Assembly (NCBI GenBank): GCA_964563735.1
Contig: CAZLXS010000003.1
Location: 1-32,095, forward strand
Length of the DNA: 32,095 nt
Source: an uncultured Candidatus Saccharibacteria bacterium
GTDB taxonomy: Bacteria; Patescibacteriota; Minisyncoccia; UBA6257; 2-01-FULL-56-20
Direction: 5' to 3'
Part shown: in pieces, positions 1 through 8,685 of the stretch
Position numbering within the stretch: position 1 is the first letter of the stretch
Layout of the letters: every line of letters begins with the position of its first letter
Position numbers and translations under genes: made by a program
The notes under the pieces: model-generated
What the model was told of the DNA's origin: nothing
The model's database searches: none
The model's input: only the letters and a program-made list of their open reading frames with translations

Positions 1-105
1 GAGCAGAGAAACTAACTTTGATGCGAGCGATGGGATTTTTATGTGCCATTGGAGCTGTAGTCTTGCTTAACGTGAAACAAAAACCCTAATAGAGAGGAGT
101 AAAAA

Positions 106-852
106 TTGCCACCAAGAATTAAGGGCGTCGCCTTTGACGCCGAGGGACCGCTCTTTGAATTTGAAGAGCAGGGTCATCACTTGGCTCACCGGATGGCAGC
201 AGAAGAAGCCGGAATCAAACTCACAGCTAAAGAGGCGGTGAAACTGATTCCAAATCTATGCGGTGGACCCGGAAATCTAATCGCTCAACAAATTACTGAC
301 TTGATTGCATCGAGAGGCATCAGACCTAGATTGGGAGCAGAAGAGATCCAAGAAAGATCGCGCTTCCATTTCAAGAGATTGTTCCAAGAGATCGTCGATG
401 GAACACGCAAGATTCAGCCACGGCCCGGACTTCTTGGGGTGATAAGAGAACTTAAGGAGGTGGGAATCCCGATGATGGTGGGATCTTCAACACCACCCGA
501 AGAGTTCTATGTTTATTTTAAAGCGACCGGATTGGACAAAGTGTTCTCGCCAGATCAGATTGTTCTGGTTGATGAGGAGAAAGGTATCCGACACAAACCT
601 GACCCAGATATCTTTCTTGAAACTGCGAAAAGGATGGGAATAAGTCCAGAAGAACAACTGGTTATTGAGGACTCTCTGCGAGGCCTCAATGCTGGGAAAG
701 CGGCTGGATCGCCGGTGATGGGGATGACGGTGTACGACATACCAAAGGCAATCATACCTCTCCTCGAAGCCAAGGCATTTCGAGTCTTCAGCGACTGGAG
801 AGAGGTAAGAGTCTTAGGGGTAATTACTAATTACAATGATCGCCAAGACTAA
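106..852 (+). CDS. HAD-superfamily hydrolase (phosphatase / beta-phosphoglucomutase-like)
   Basis: 747-nt ORF. TTG start at 106 lies 6 nt after GAGGAG (94-99). HAD motifs: I VAFDAEGPL (second acidic residue is Glu, not Asp), II MMVGSST, III Lys in RHKPDPDIF, IV VIEDSLRGLNAGKAAG. It is the only plus-strand gene and is convergent with 910-1725. Confidence 0.8.
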   Translation: MPPRIKGVAFDAEGPLFEFEEQGHHLAHRMAAEEAGIKLTAKEAVKLIPNLCGGPGNLIAQQITDLIASRGIRPRLGAEEIQERSRFHFKRLFQEIVDGTRKIQPRPGLLGVIRELKEVGIPMMVGSSTPPEEFYVYFKATGLDKVFSPDQIVLVDEEKGIRHKPDPDIFLETAKRMGISPEEQLVIEDSLRGLNAGKAAGSPVMGMTVYDIPKAIIPLLEAKAFRVFSDWREVRVLGVITNYNDRQD

Positions 853-881
853 GGCGCGAAGGAATCAACAGAGCAAGAGGT

Positions 882-908
882 TGCCCGTAAAACGGTGGCA
901 TCTTTTTT
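882..908. terminator. Candidate weak intrinsic terminator between convergent genes
   Basis: Imperfect hairpin at 882-900: TGCC+CGT, loop AAA, ACG+(GT bulge)+GGCA. It is followed by TCTTTTTT (901-908). The stem is only 7 bp. Confidence 0.3.
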
Positions 909-909
909 A

Positions 910-1725
910 TTAATTTAAATTTTTTATTCCTTCGACTTCGCTCCCTCGATGCGACTCGGGACGAGTCAGGACAAGCTGCTCTGCGTACCACTTCTTGGCA
1001 AATTCGTAGCGCTCTGGACTGCCGATATCTAGAATATCCACTGGAGACTGGAAACCGTAGAGTTCTTGCCCTGAATGGAATAAAGTTGGGATAATTTGCG
1101 AGTCTAAAATACTGGGTTCGTTTGGTGGAATAAAATCTAAAACTTTTTTGGAAATTACATACAAACCAGAGTTAGCAAAAATTGTAGGGCTTAGTTCGTG
1201 AATGTTATGGGGCCGAAAATACCAATTTATGATCCGCTTAGTATTGGGGTCGATTTCACCAATATCGACATTTTCTAAATTATCGGATTCTTTGAGAATG
1301 GGCGTAAGGAGAGAATTTTTTTCTTGATGGAACTTTAGGATTGGTCGAAAATCTAGAAAGTGCGCTCCATCGCCATAGAGCAAAAGAAAAGGATCAGATA
1401 AGAATGGTTCGGCTTTTTTAATGGCTCCAGCGGTATTAAGGAGAAGTTTGGTCTCGTCGCTGTACTGAATATTAACTCCAAAATTTTCGCCGGTTTCAAA
1501 ATACGAAGTAATTTTTTCGGGGAGATAGTGAAGGTTAATAACAAAATTGATAAAGCCCTGACTTTTTAATAATTTGATGATGTGTTCGAGGAGGGGCAGG
1601 TTCGGGGCGATCGGTACCATAACTTTCGGCATATTAACCGTAATCGAACTCAATCGAGTACCCAAACCCGCACCCAGAATCATTACAGTAATTTTTGAAT
1701 AATCTAACTCAGTTCCTTCGGTCAT
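910..1725 (-). CDS. Sugar-1-phosphate nucleotidylyltransferase family protein
   Basis: 271-aa ORF. N-terminal NTP-transferase signature ILGAGLGTRL...MPKVMVPI, then LLYGD and SGLYV. Sits 4 nt downstream of a paralog. Sugar and nucleotide specificity cannot be read from sequence. Confidence 0.8.
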   Translation of the reverse strand: MTEGTELDYSKITVMILGAGLGTRLSSITVNMPKVMVPIAPNLPLLEHIIKLLKSQGFINFVINLHYLPEKITSYFETGENFGVNIQYSDETKLLLNTAGAIKKAEPFLSDPFLLLYGDGAHFLDFRPILKFHQEKNSLLTPILKESDNLENVDIGEIDPNTKRIINWYFRPHNIHELSPTIFANSGLYVISKKVLDFIPPNEPSILDSQIIPTLFHSGQELYGFQSPVDILDIGSPERYEFAKKWYAEQLVLTRPESHRGSEVEGIKNLN

Positions 1726-1729
1726 TTGA

Positions 1730-2461
1730 TTACTTTAAAGAAAGGCCTCTTAAGTATGCTTCGACTTCTTGGTATTTATCAATAGTATCAATCCCTTTGG
1801 AATATTCGGAACACTCATAACCGTAAAAATCTTGACCATGCCCCACGACCTCCCTAAGTAACTGTTTTCCGATTTCGTAGAAAGTTTTTTCTGGGATGAA
1901 CGAGAGGATGCTTTTTTTAAGAATAAAGACTCCCCGCATGCGATGCGCATTTGAATAACTTTCGCTGTGGGGTTTGGGGTGAATTTTAATAAATTTCATT
2001 GCACTATCTAATTCGGCCACATCGGCATCTTTGTAATCGTCGGTCTTTTTGGTTCTTTGCATGCCAATGGGCGTGGGCTTAGAGAAGAAATTCTCTGCCA
2101 TCTTAGAGTAATCCACCAAACTCAACATATCTCCATAGATTAAATAAAAGAATTCCGGAAGAAGGCTTTCGAAATTTTTTAGACCTCCGGCCGTGCCCAT
2201 AATTTCTGGTTCAAAAAAATAATTAATTTTAACTCCAAATTTTGAACCATCACCAAAATAATTTTTAATGACATCGCCCAGATAATGAAGATTGATAAAA
2301 AATTCATTAACGCCGTGAGATTTGAAGTGGTTGATGTTCCATTCGAGCATGGGCCGACCCAAAAGCGGGATCATGGGTTTAGGCATGGTGTCGGTTAGTG
2401 GACGCAAGCGCGTGCCCAAACCAGCACACAAAATAACCGCCGAAGTAATTTTAGGATTCAT
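1730..2461 (-). CDS. Sugar-1-phosphate nucleotidylyltransferase, likely heptose-1-P guanylyltransferase (HddC-like) by context
   Basis: 243-aa ORF. Signature ILCAGLGTRLRPLTDTMPKPMIPL, then YGDML. Its start overlaps the gmhB stop by 11 nt, which suggests translational coupling. Confidence 0.75.
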   Translation of the reverse strand: MNPKITSAVILCAGLGTRLRPLTDTMPKPMIPLLGRPMLEWNINHFKSHGVNEFFINLHYLGDVIKNYFGDGSKFGVKINYFFEPEIMGTAGGLKNFESLLPEFFYLIYGDMLSLVDYSKMAENFFSKPTPIGMQRTKKTDDYKDADVAELDSAMKFIKIHPKPHSESYSNAHRMRGVFILKKSILSFIPEKTFYEIGKQLLREVVGHGQDFYGYECSEYSKGIDTIDKYQEVEAYLRGLSLK

Positions 2462-3047
2462 GTTGTTTAATAATTTTTAGGGCGCTCTCTAAATTTTTTA
2501 CTTTGAAATCTACTTTTATCTTTTGATATTTTTTATCTAAAACATGACCCGGACCGGTTTGAACAAGGATGGTTCGGAGTCTGGATTTTTTTCCAGCGAC
2601 GATATCGATCATAGAATCCCCGATCATGTAACTCTGACGCGGATCAATATTAAATTTACTAATAGCTTTTAAAAGCAGGCCTGGCTTTGGCTTTCGGCAA
2701 GCGCACACTAAGCGATAGCGTTTTAAATTGGCCTCGGGATGATGCGGACAAAAATAAACCGCATCGATCCGAGCGCCTTTAGTTTTTAAGCGATCAATTA
2801 AAACGGCGTGGATCTCATCCACTTCTTTTTTGGTGACCAAGCCACGGGCAACTACCGGTTGATTAGTAATAATGACAACTAAAAAACCCAACCTATTAAA
2901 AGATTTGATGACCAAGGCAGAATCTTTAAAAAATTTAAGATCCTGAACTTTATGCATCAAATGAACGTGATGGATAATGGTTCCATCACGATCTAAAAAA
3001 ATAGCTTTTCTTTTTCCTAGCTGACGCGAGTTTGAACTGACTCCCAT
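2451..3047 (-). CDS. gmhB: D-glycero-D-manno-heptose 1,7-bisphosphate phosphatase
   Basis: 198-aa ORF. HAD motif I AIFLDRDGTI. GmhB-type Zn/cap motif FCPHHPE...CACRKPKPG. Motif IV MIGDSMIDIVAGK. Confidence 0.85.
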   Translation of the reverse strand: MGVSSNSRQLGKRKAIFLDRDGTIIHHVHLMHKVQDLKFFKDSALVIKSFNRLGFLVVIITNQPVVARGLVTKKEVDEIHAVLIDRLKTKGARIDAVYFCPHHPEANLKRYRLVCACRKPKPGLLLKAISKFNIDPRQSYMIGDSMIDIVAGKKSRLRTILVQTGPGHVLDKKYQKIKVDFKVKNLESALKIIKQHES

Positions 3048-3631
3048 TTACCTGATTGAGTTTTAAAGTTGGGATGAGAAACGATGAGGTGCCAAACTAC
3101 AGCTTGAAAGGCCTCGGTGTGTGGAGTGACATTATCTGGATTAACTGTGGGCACAATAACGCAGGCATCGGCTACTTCGGCGGTATAGCCACCATCTCGA
3201 CCGACAATGCCAACTACCTTAGCTCCAACTTGTTTGGCGTATTTTAAAGCTTCTACAATATTGGGGCTAATATTTTTTTCGGCATGGCCACCACCCACCG
3301 AGAAGACTAGGACAGCATCTTTATTACTTAAAGAACTACCTAAGAGCCAGTTAGAGAAAATAGTATGCCAGCCATCGTCGTTAGTGCGAGCGGTAAGTTC
3401 GGAGACGTTATCGACTGGAGTATAGGCCTCGATACCAGCAAGCTTGCGAAAATCATTAACCGCATGACTGGCGTGTCCCGCTCCCCCGCCAACACCGATA
3501 ATAAAAAGGCGACCCTTGGCTTCGCGGACATCTTTTAAAACTTCGATGAATTTATGAATAGAAGCACGGTCAATCTTATCGACAATTTCTTTGACTTCTC
3601 CAAGATAACTATTGATGTAATCAGAATACAT
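3017..3631 (-). CDS. SIS-domain sugar-phosphate isomerase, divergent GmhA-like
   Basis: 204-aa ORF. The SIS pattern GVGGGAGHASHAVNDFRK corresponds to GNGGS..D..H in GmhA. Further matches: ELTARTNDDGW, VFSVGGGHAEKNISPNIV, VVGIVGRDGG. Sits between gmhB and the transaldolase. Confidence 0.7.
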   Translation of the reverse strand: MYSDYINSYLGEVKEIVDKIDRASIHKFIEVLKDVREAKGRLFIIGVGGGAGHASHAVNDFRKLAGIEAYTPVDNVSELTARTNDDGWHTIFSNWLLGSSLSNKDAVLVFSVGGGHAEKNISPNIVEALKYAKQVGAKVVGIVGRDGGYTAEVADACVIVPTVNPDNVTPHTEAFQAVVWHLIVSHPNFKTQSGKWESVQTRVS

Positions 3632-3638
3632 AAGAAGG

Positions 3639-4367
3639 TTAGGATTCGTAGAGGGTGTACCCTACTTTTTGCCCATCGTCGTAAAACATCTTCACGGTTT
3701 CGATGGATAATTCATGGTGATCATAACCCACCATTGCTAACTTTTTCAAGATGTCGTGAGTGACAGTGATAATATCGGCTCCGACTGATTCGGCTTGATA
3801 AATATTATAAAGTTCCCTAGTCGAAGCCCAGAGAAGTTCGGCCTTAGGGTGTGGTTTTAAAATTGATTTTATGTCTTGCATGATGGGGACTGGATTGGTG
3901 CCAGTATCAGCAATCCTTCCGGCAAAGACAGAGATGATCGAGGGGACTTGGGGATTTAGAAAGTTAAGGATATGGGCAACCTGCTCTTTAGTTAGGATGG
4001 CGGTGACATTTACTTTGACTCCATCGGCAGTGAGTTTTTTAATGAGATCGCCCGAAGACTGACGCTTGGTATTAAAAATTGGAATTTTTACATAAACATT
4101 CGGTGCCCAAGAATTAATAATCCTAGCTTGACGCTCCATCTCTCCAAACTCATCAGAAAAAACCTCAAAAGAGATAGATTTGTCTTTAATGAGCGAGAGG
4201 ATCTCTTTGGCGAAGGCCGAATAGTTAGTGATACCGGCCTTACGCATTAAGGTTGGATTGGTGGTGAAGCCCTTAACAAAAGGTTGCTCGGCGAGACCCA
4301 GCATGCCATCCTTTTCCGCTCCATCAGCAAAAATCTTGATTTTTAGATCTTGGATTGGCTTAGTCAT
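3639..4367 (-). CDS. Transaldolase / fructose-6-phosphate aldolase family (short TalC/FSA type)
   Basis: 242-aa ORF. Motifs: KIFADGA, GFTTNPTLMRKAG, Schiff-base Lys context NVYVKIP, TAILT, SVFAGRIAD. Confidence 0.8.
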   Translation of the reverse strand: MTKPIQDLKIKIFADGAEKDGMLGLAEQPFVKGFTTNPTLMRKAGITNYSAFAKEILSLIKDKSISFEVFSDEFGEMERQARIINSWAPNVYVKIPIFNTKRQSSGDLIKKLTADGVKVNVTAILTKEQVAHILNFLNPQVPSIISVFAGRIADTGTNPVPIMQDIKSILKPHPKAELLWASTRELYNIYQAESVGADIITVTHDILKKLAMVGYDHHELSIETVKMFYDDGQKVGYTLYES

Positions 4368-4419
4368 TCTGGCTATTAGATGATGGTAGATTAAATCGAG
4401 AATGACGTCAAAACTCGCC

Positions 4420-5427
4420 TTAAATTTTTACGACCTTATTAAGCTTTGAAGATTTGCGGATGGACTCGACAATGGAATTAGCAATATAACCATCAGAACC
4501 GTTGCCAATGAGATTCTTGTGGAAATTTAAAGTACGGAGAAAATCCGCCCACTCTGACTCCCAGCTAGAATCCCCTTCGAACTCAAAAGTTTGCAGATCA
4601 GGCACGCCGAATTCTAATTTTCTTTTACCGTAGACGAGGGTTTCTTTTCCGTAACTTCCACCCTTGCCTTCAATATTTAAAAAACCACGATCCCCGTAAA
4701 TCTCGAAAGAGAATAAATTTTTCCATTGAGTCGAACTCACATGAAAACTAGCGGTGACCTGCTTGTTTTTCATAATCACAAAAGCATTGTCTTCTACTCG
4801 AGCTTTCCAGAATTTAGTAGAGAGAGAACCAAAAACTTCTTTAAATTCTCCACAAAAGAATCGACAGAGATCAATGAGATGTACGCCTTGATCTAAAAGC
4901 TCACCACCGCCGGATAAATTTTTATTAAACCGCCACTCCTTTTCCATTCCCTTGCGCCCACCATAACCATAGCGAGATCGAATAAACATAATTTTTCCGA
5001 TGCCACCCTGATCCAAAATTTCTTTAGCTTTTAAAACGGCGGCGTGAAAGCGATGATTAAAACCAACTTTGAGGAAAATTTTGTTTTGCTTGGCAAGAGA
5101 GATGATCTTTTTAGACTCAACAGAATTTCTGCCAAGAGGTTTTTCGGTAAAAATAATTTTTTTAAATTTAATAGCCTGTGTGGCAATAGGCAGGATAAAT
5201 TTATTAGGAACAGAGATTAAAACCACATCAAGCTCGCTCATTTTGATTAGATCCTTCCAATCATTTATTGCTTTTGCCCCATATTGATCGGCAAGTTTGG
5301 TGGCTTTGGCGTAATCGATATCGGAGACAGCCAGAAGAGTACTCCCGCCGACTTTGGCCAGAGCTTCGGCTCGACGGAAGCCCATTAACCCAGCTCCAAT
5401 AATTCCAACGTTGATTGTTTTTTTCAT
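4420..5427 (-). CDS. Gfo/Idh/MocA-family NAD(P)-dependent oxidoreductase
   Basis: 335-aa ORF. N-terminal Rossmann motif VGIIGAGLMGFRRAEAL, then TEKPL and GFNHRFH, which are typical of the family. Confidence 0.8.
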   Translation of the reverse strand: MKKTINVGIIGAGLMGFRRAEALAKVGGSTLLAVSDIDYAKATKLADQYGAKAINDWKDLIKMSELDVVLISVPNKFILPIATQAIKFKKIIFTEKPLGRNSVESKKIISLAKQNKIFLKVGFNHRFHAAVLKAKEILDQGGIGKIMFIRSRYGYGGRKGMEKEWRFNKNLSGGGELLDQGVHLIDLCRFFCGEFKEVFGSLSTKFWKARVEDNAFVIMKNKQVTASFHVSSTQWKNLFSFEIYGDRGFLNIEGKGGSYGKETLVYGKRKLEFGVPDLQTFEFEGDSSWESEWADFLRTLNFHKNLIGNGSDGYIANSIVESIRKSSKLNKVVKI

Positions 5428-5514
5428 TTGATTTAATTTTCAATAATATATTTTTATAAATAAAGAATTAAATCACCTCGGTTTATTCAGACAAAATAAA
5501 TCTAAATTCCTTTG

Positions 5515-6345
5515 TTACTTAACCCTTCTATAAGTATAGAGGTCTTTAGACATAATGGATTTAATTTTATCCTCATCCCACTCTTTGTAGTTATCCCAGA
5601 TGGCGCTCAAGAAGCGCCCAGAGAGACCGTCCGATTTAGATGACCCCAAAAACAAGCAGAGCTCGGCTGCTTTTTCTGGAGAAACTCCCCCCTCGGCTTT
5701 TTGTTTTAAAAGCTCTTGGTATTTTTGAGACCCTAGCTTAGACTCGCCAGCTCGAAGCGCCTCGTCTAATAGCCTAGTATTAACAGCTCCCGGAGCAATA
5801 CAGTTAATTTCGATCTTATGGCCTTTAACTTCTTCGGCTAAAGTTTCGGTTAGTCGAACGATGGCGGCTTTTGAAGAATTGTAAGCGCTGAAACGAGGGA
5901 GCGGTCCATCGCCACCACCAGAGAAATTAATGACTTTACCTCCACCCTGCTTAATCATAAGTGGCGCAACAGCACGGAACAGATTAAAAGTCCCAAAGAC
6001 ATTAATCTCGTAAGTCTTGATCCAATGATCTAGATCGACTTCATAGGAGAGCCCAATAGGACCATAGATACCCGCACCGTTCACTAGAATATTAATCTCG
6101 TCAAAATCAGAAACAACTTGGTCGACTAGCTTTTTTACAGAGGGAGGAGAAGAAACATCCACAACCAGAAAAGAAACACGCCCCGGACTCTTTGTATTCA
6201 ATTTTTTAGAAACTAATTCTAACTCCGCCTCTGATCTGGAGGCGAGAATGACTTTGGCTCCCTCCTGTAGGAATAGCGTGGCAACTGCCTCGCCGATTCC
6301 ACCAGACCCCCCAGTAATGAGGGCAACTTTGTTTTCTAAAGTCAT
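5515..6345 (-). CDS. Classical short-chain dehydrogenase/reductase (SDR)
   Basis: Motifs ALITGGSGGIGEAVA, NGAG and YNSSKAA (YxxxK). The ORF track starts at a TTG (6369). I prefer the ATG at 6345 (MTLENKVALITGG), 4 nt after the upstream TAA stop. Confidence 0.85.
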   Translation of the reverse strand: MTLENKVALITGGSGGIGEAVATLFLQEGAKVILASRSEAELELVSKKLNTKSPGRVSFLVVDVSSPPSVKKLVDQVVSDFDEINILVNGAGIYGPIGLSYEVDLDHWIKTYEINVFGTFNLFRAVAPLMIKQGGGKVINFSGGGDGPLPRFSAYNSSKAAIVRLTETLAEEVKGHKIEINCIAPGAVNTRLLDEALRAGESKLGSQKYQELLKQKAEGGVSPEKAAELCLFLGSSKSDGLSGRFLSAIWDNYKEWDEDKIKSIMSKDLYTYRRVK

Positions 6346-6349
6346 AGAA

Positions 6350-7654
6350 TTAATTTCTACCAAGACCAATATATTTTAAACCGATTAGACCCATCTCTTC
6401 TACTTTATCCCAAAATAAATTAGCGGTGTCAAAAAACAAAACTCCCACAGCGGCTTGATCGATGATCTTCTTAAAATCTAGATTTTTAAAATCTGGGCAT
6501 GGCGTAATAAGAATAACAACATCGACAGACTCTATGGCCTTATAGGGATCAACAAAAAAACGAGCCTGAATAAATCTTAAAACCTCGGCCTCGTCGGCTA
6601 AGGGATCGGAGAGACTAACCAAGCATCCTTCTTTGATTAAATCCTTAGCCACTTCAAGAGCTCTGGACCTTCGAAGGGTCTTAGTGTTGGGCTTGTAAGT
6701 TAATCCAAGGATGGCAATTTTTTTTCCGCTTAAGTTGCCTAATATATCTTTTAACTTTTGAGCGACTAGATTTTTTCTGGAATTATTTTGAGCAAAAACA
6801 TTCTTTACAATAGGCAAATCAATGGATTTTTCTTGCGCCACCAGAAGAAGAGATTTTAAATCGCGCCCCAAGGTTCCACCAGAAAAACCAAGCCCGGCAT
6901 CTAAAAAAGCCTTGGGTCCGATACGCGATTCGGATCGCAGAGCCCTAGTGACCTCTAGAACATCGGCATCAACTTTTTCGCAAAGATTAGCAAGGTCATT
7001 GATAAAGCTAACAGAAGTAGCTAAAAAAGCGTTGACGGCATGCTTAGCCATCTCGGCTGAAGCTGGCGAGATTTTAACTACCTCACATTTTAAACCAGAA
7101 AAAATTTCTTGGATTTTTAGATAAGCCTGATCGCTTGAGCATCCAGCTAAGATTCTTTCTGGATTAAAGAAACAATGCACGGCTTCACCTAGACGGAGAT
7201 TTTCTGGAGCATAGACATAATCGAAAATTAGATCAGGCCTTTTAACTTTGATTAGATCGATAACTTTAGCTGAAGTGCCGACTGGAATTTGACTAGAGAC
7301 AACGATTAAAACATGGTCCACGAGATACGGGATGGATTTTTCGAGAGCTTCAAAAATAGGCCGAAGATCCACCTCGTCTTCATTGTTCACTGGAGTATCC
7401 AGAGTAATCCAAAGAACATTATGTTCTTTAATAGATTCGAACTGATCGGAACAAGTTAAACGCCCAAGAGATAGATTCTTTTTAATTAATGTTTCTAAAT
7501 CTGGTTCGGGAAGCGGAGCAACACCAGATAAAAAAGCAGAACTGGTTTTTTGATCAGCGCCAATAATTGTGACCCCGTGGCCCAATTCCGCGAGGCCAGT
7601 CGAATAAATTTCACCAAGGTGCCACAGACCAGTAATTGCGATTTTATAATTCAC
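6350..7654 (-). CDS. UDP-glucose/GDP-mannose dehydrogenase-family protein (atypical)
   Basis: 434-aa ORF of three-domain UGDH-like length. N-terminus is IAITGLWHLGEIYSTGLAELGH (GxWxxG instead of GxGxxG). The central motif reads GLGFSGGTLGRD where family members have G(F/Y)GG.C..KD. Confidence 0.75.
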   Translation of the reverse strand: MNYKIAITGLWHLGEIYSTGLAELGHGVTIIGADQKTSSAFLSGVAPLPEPDLETLIKKNLSLGRLTCSDQFESIKEHNVLWITLDTPVNNEDEVDLRPIFEALEKSIPYLVDHVLIVVSSQIPVGTSAKVIDLIKVKRPDLIFDYVYAPENLRLGEAVHCFFNPERILAGCSSDQAYLKIQEIFSGLKCEVVKISPASAEMAKHAVNAFLATSVSFINDLANLCEKVDADVLEVTRALRSESRIGPKAFLDAGLGFSGGTLGRDLKSLLLVAQEKSIDLPIVKNVFAQNNSRKNLVAQKLKDILGNLSGKKIAILGLTYKPNTKTLRRSRALEVAKDLIKEGCLVSLSDPLADEAEVLRFIQARFFVDPYKAIESVDVVILITPCPDFKNLDFKKIIDQAAVGVLFFDTANLFWDKVEEMGLIGLKYIGLGRN

Positions 7655-7663
7655 GAGTTCTAA

Positions 7664-8650
7664 TTAAAAATCCACGATAACTTTGGAGCCTTCAAAATCG
7701 AAACGATAACGCATCTCGGATAATCCAAGATCTCGCATGACCTCTTTAAATTTCTTATGATTTTTTTCGACATAGAAGGTAAAGAAACCTCCGCCGCCAG
7801 CGCCAGAGATTTTTCCACCAAGAGCTCCATGCTCCTTGGCGGTGTTGTAGATTTGATCGAAACGTTCATTACTCATTTTAGTGGAAATTTTTTTCTTGTG
7901 CTGCCAATGAGCATCAAAAAGACGCCCAACCTCATCAACATTTCCACTCTCCATAGCCTCTAAAATTTCGTAGCCTAACTCTTTAATAAAATGCATGCTC
8001 TCGATTACATCTTTTTTGTCGTTTTTTACCCCACTTGATTGCTCATTTAAAATCTCATCAGCACTACGACTTACTCCAGTAAAGAAGATGAGCATGTTTC
8101 TATTTAACGCATCGATAGTCTCGTCGGTAATATTGGCCTTGCGAATTTTCACGCCACCATCCTTTCCAATCTCCATAACTGTTAGACCACCGAAGGCGGC
8201 GAGATAGGGATCTTGCTTACCGATCGGACGACCTAAAACTCCAGCCTCGAGTTTAAAATCTTCTTCTGCAATAGTGCCTAAAGAAACATAATCTCTTTTA
8301 AAAACATGGAGGGCGTGGAGAAGACCAACGGCATAGCAACTCGATGAACCCAGACCAGTTCCAGCAGAGATGTCGGCAATGGAACTAACTTCGATCCCCT
8401 TTTCAATCCCTGCCATTCTTAGGGCTTCTCTCGCGATAGGATGCTCAATTTGATCAAGTCTTTCTACGGTTTCGCTCTTGGAGTACTTGATGCGAATAAG
8501 CTCATCAGTGACCGGACGATTAACACTCACAAACATATACTTATCTAAACCAGCAGAGAAGATAAAGCCACCATATTTCTCGTAATAAGAAGGTAAATCG
8601 GTGCCACCCCCACCTAGGGTGACTCTAAAGGGAGTTCGAGTTGTAATCAT
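7664..8650 (-). CDS. hddA: GHMP-family sugar kinase, D-glycero-D-manno-heptose 7-phosphate kinase-like
   Basis: 328-aa ORF. Motifs TPFRVTLGGGGTDLPSYY, GHMP motif II GTGLGSSS and motif III GAGGGGFF. Context is gmhB, an SIS isomerase and a nucleotidyltransferase. Confidence 0.7.
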   Translation of the reverse strand: MITTRTPFRVTLGGGGTDLPSYYEKYGGFIFSAGLDKYMFVSVNRPVTDELIRIKYSKSETVERLDQIEHPIAREALRMAGIEKGIEVSSIADISAGTGLGSSSCYAVGLLHALHVFKRDYVSLGTIAEEDFKLEAGVLGRPIGKQDPYLAAFGGLTVMEIGKDGGVKIRKANITDETIDALNRNMLIFFTGVSRSADEILNEQSSGVKNDKKDVIESMHFIKELGYEILEAMESGNVDEVGRLFDAHWQHKKKISTKMSNERFDQIYNTAKEHGALGGKISGAGGGGFFTFYVEKNHKKFKEVMRDLGLSEMRYRFDFEGSKVIVDF

Positions 8651-8685
8651 CTTTTTATACTAACTCCCGAGAAAGACTTTGTCTA

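Noticed and set aside
1-89. Open plus-strand frame running in from the left edge and ending at TAA 87-89 (..MRAMGFLCAIGAVVLLNVKQKP*), possibly the hydrophobic C-terminus of an upstream gene.
   Set aside because: Only 28 codons are visible, and a second frame is also open to position 70. That is too little sequence to call a CDS or a function.
953-967. Hairpin GACTCG-GGA-CGAGTC in a locally GC-rich stretch near the 3' end of the 910-1725 gene.
   Set aside because: It lies inside the coding sequence, about 45 nt before the stop. The stem is short, and it is plausibly just coding for the RPESHRGSE tail.
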